DNA from: an uncultured Methanosarcinales archaeon
GTDB taxonomy: Archaea > Nanobdellota > Nanobdellia > Woesearchaeales > UBA525
DNA: 5,302 nt
Assembly: GCA_964589765.1 (NCBI GenBank)
Contig: CAZPUM010000002.1
Span: 30,845-36,146, forward strand
Reading direction: 5' to 3'
The notes beneath the pieces are model-generated. The model had not been told where the DNA came from. It searched no databases and saw only the letters and a list, made by a program, of their open reading frames with translations. Made by a program: the position numbers and the translations under genes. Each line of letters starts with the position of its first letter. Position 1 is the stretch's first letter. This document shows positions 5,135 to 5,302 of the stretch, in pieces.

Positions 5135-5302
5135 ATGGATTACGAAGAGATGCTCGAACGCGCCAAGGAAATTCTCCCTGACGAGTCAGAAGAGACCAGC
5201 AGGTTCGAGATTCCAAAAGTTAAGGGTCACGTCGAGGGAGCCAAGACAATCATCAATAATTGGCACCAAATAGCGACCTCTCTGAGACGCAAGCCTGAAC
5301 AC
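5135..5302 (+). CDS. Translation initiation factor aIF-2 beta subunit, 5' partial (56 codons, continues past window end)
   Basis: Translation from ATG 5135-5137 gives MDYEEMLERAKEILPDESEETSRFEIPKVKGHVEGAKTIINNWHQIATSLRRKPEH. This matches the conserved aIF-2 beta N-terminus (..YeelLeRa...lPe......RFe.P......eG.kTii.Nf..ia..l.R.p.H). The frame stays open to the window edge. Confidence 0.85.
   Translation, partial: MDYEEMLERAKEILPDESEETSRFEIPKVKGHVEGAKTIINNWHQIATSLRRKPEH

Noticed and set aside
1-5302. Novel multi-gene system (defence island, toxin-antitoxin, CRISPR, mobile-element cargo) or tandem/inverted repeats
   Set aside because: Every gene has a plausible housekeeping assignment and intergenic spacers are 0-76 nt. 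I saw no repeat arrays, integrase or transposase genes, or tRNA attachment sites. Apart from the intein, the window looks like an ordinary core-genome region.

Overview
This is an archaeal chromosomal segment, moderately AT-rich, densely packed with four protein genes. I found no RNA genes, CRISPR arrays or notable repeats. (1) 68..3511 (+) encodes an MCM replicative helicase precursor. It is interrupted in frame by a 467-codon intein (1301..2701) that carries a double-motif LAGLIDADG homing endonuclease. The intein sits between Walker B and the conserved EQQ|TISI(A/S)KA motif of the AAA+ core. (2) 3550..4206 (+) encodes a 218-aa protein with one OB fold, a Pro/Glu-rich linker and a C-terminal winged helix. 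It resembles RPA32 / RPA-associated (COG3390-type) proteins. (3) 4207..5058 (-) encodes a six-TM membrane protein of the SpoIIM/COG1300 type. It converges on gene 2 with directly abutting stop codons. (4) 5135..5302 (+) is the 5' part of the translation initiation factor aIF-2 beta gene, truncated by the window edge. All four genes have an A/T-rich TATA-like box centred about 25-27 nt upstream of the start codon and no usable Shine-Dalgarno sequence, which suggests leaderless archaeal transcripts. The region is housekeeping (replication plus translation). I see no support for a novel multi-gene system such as a defence island. The most notable element is the apparently intact, possibly still mobile MCM intein, followed by the unusual placement of an RPA32-like OB/wH gene directly behind mcm. 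Lineage cannot be assigned beyond Archaea from the sequence alone.
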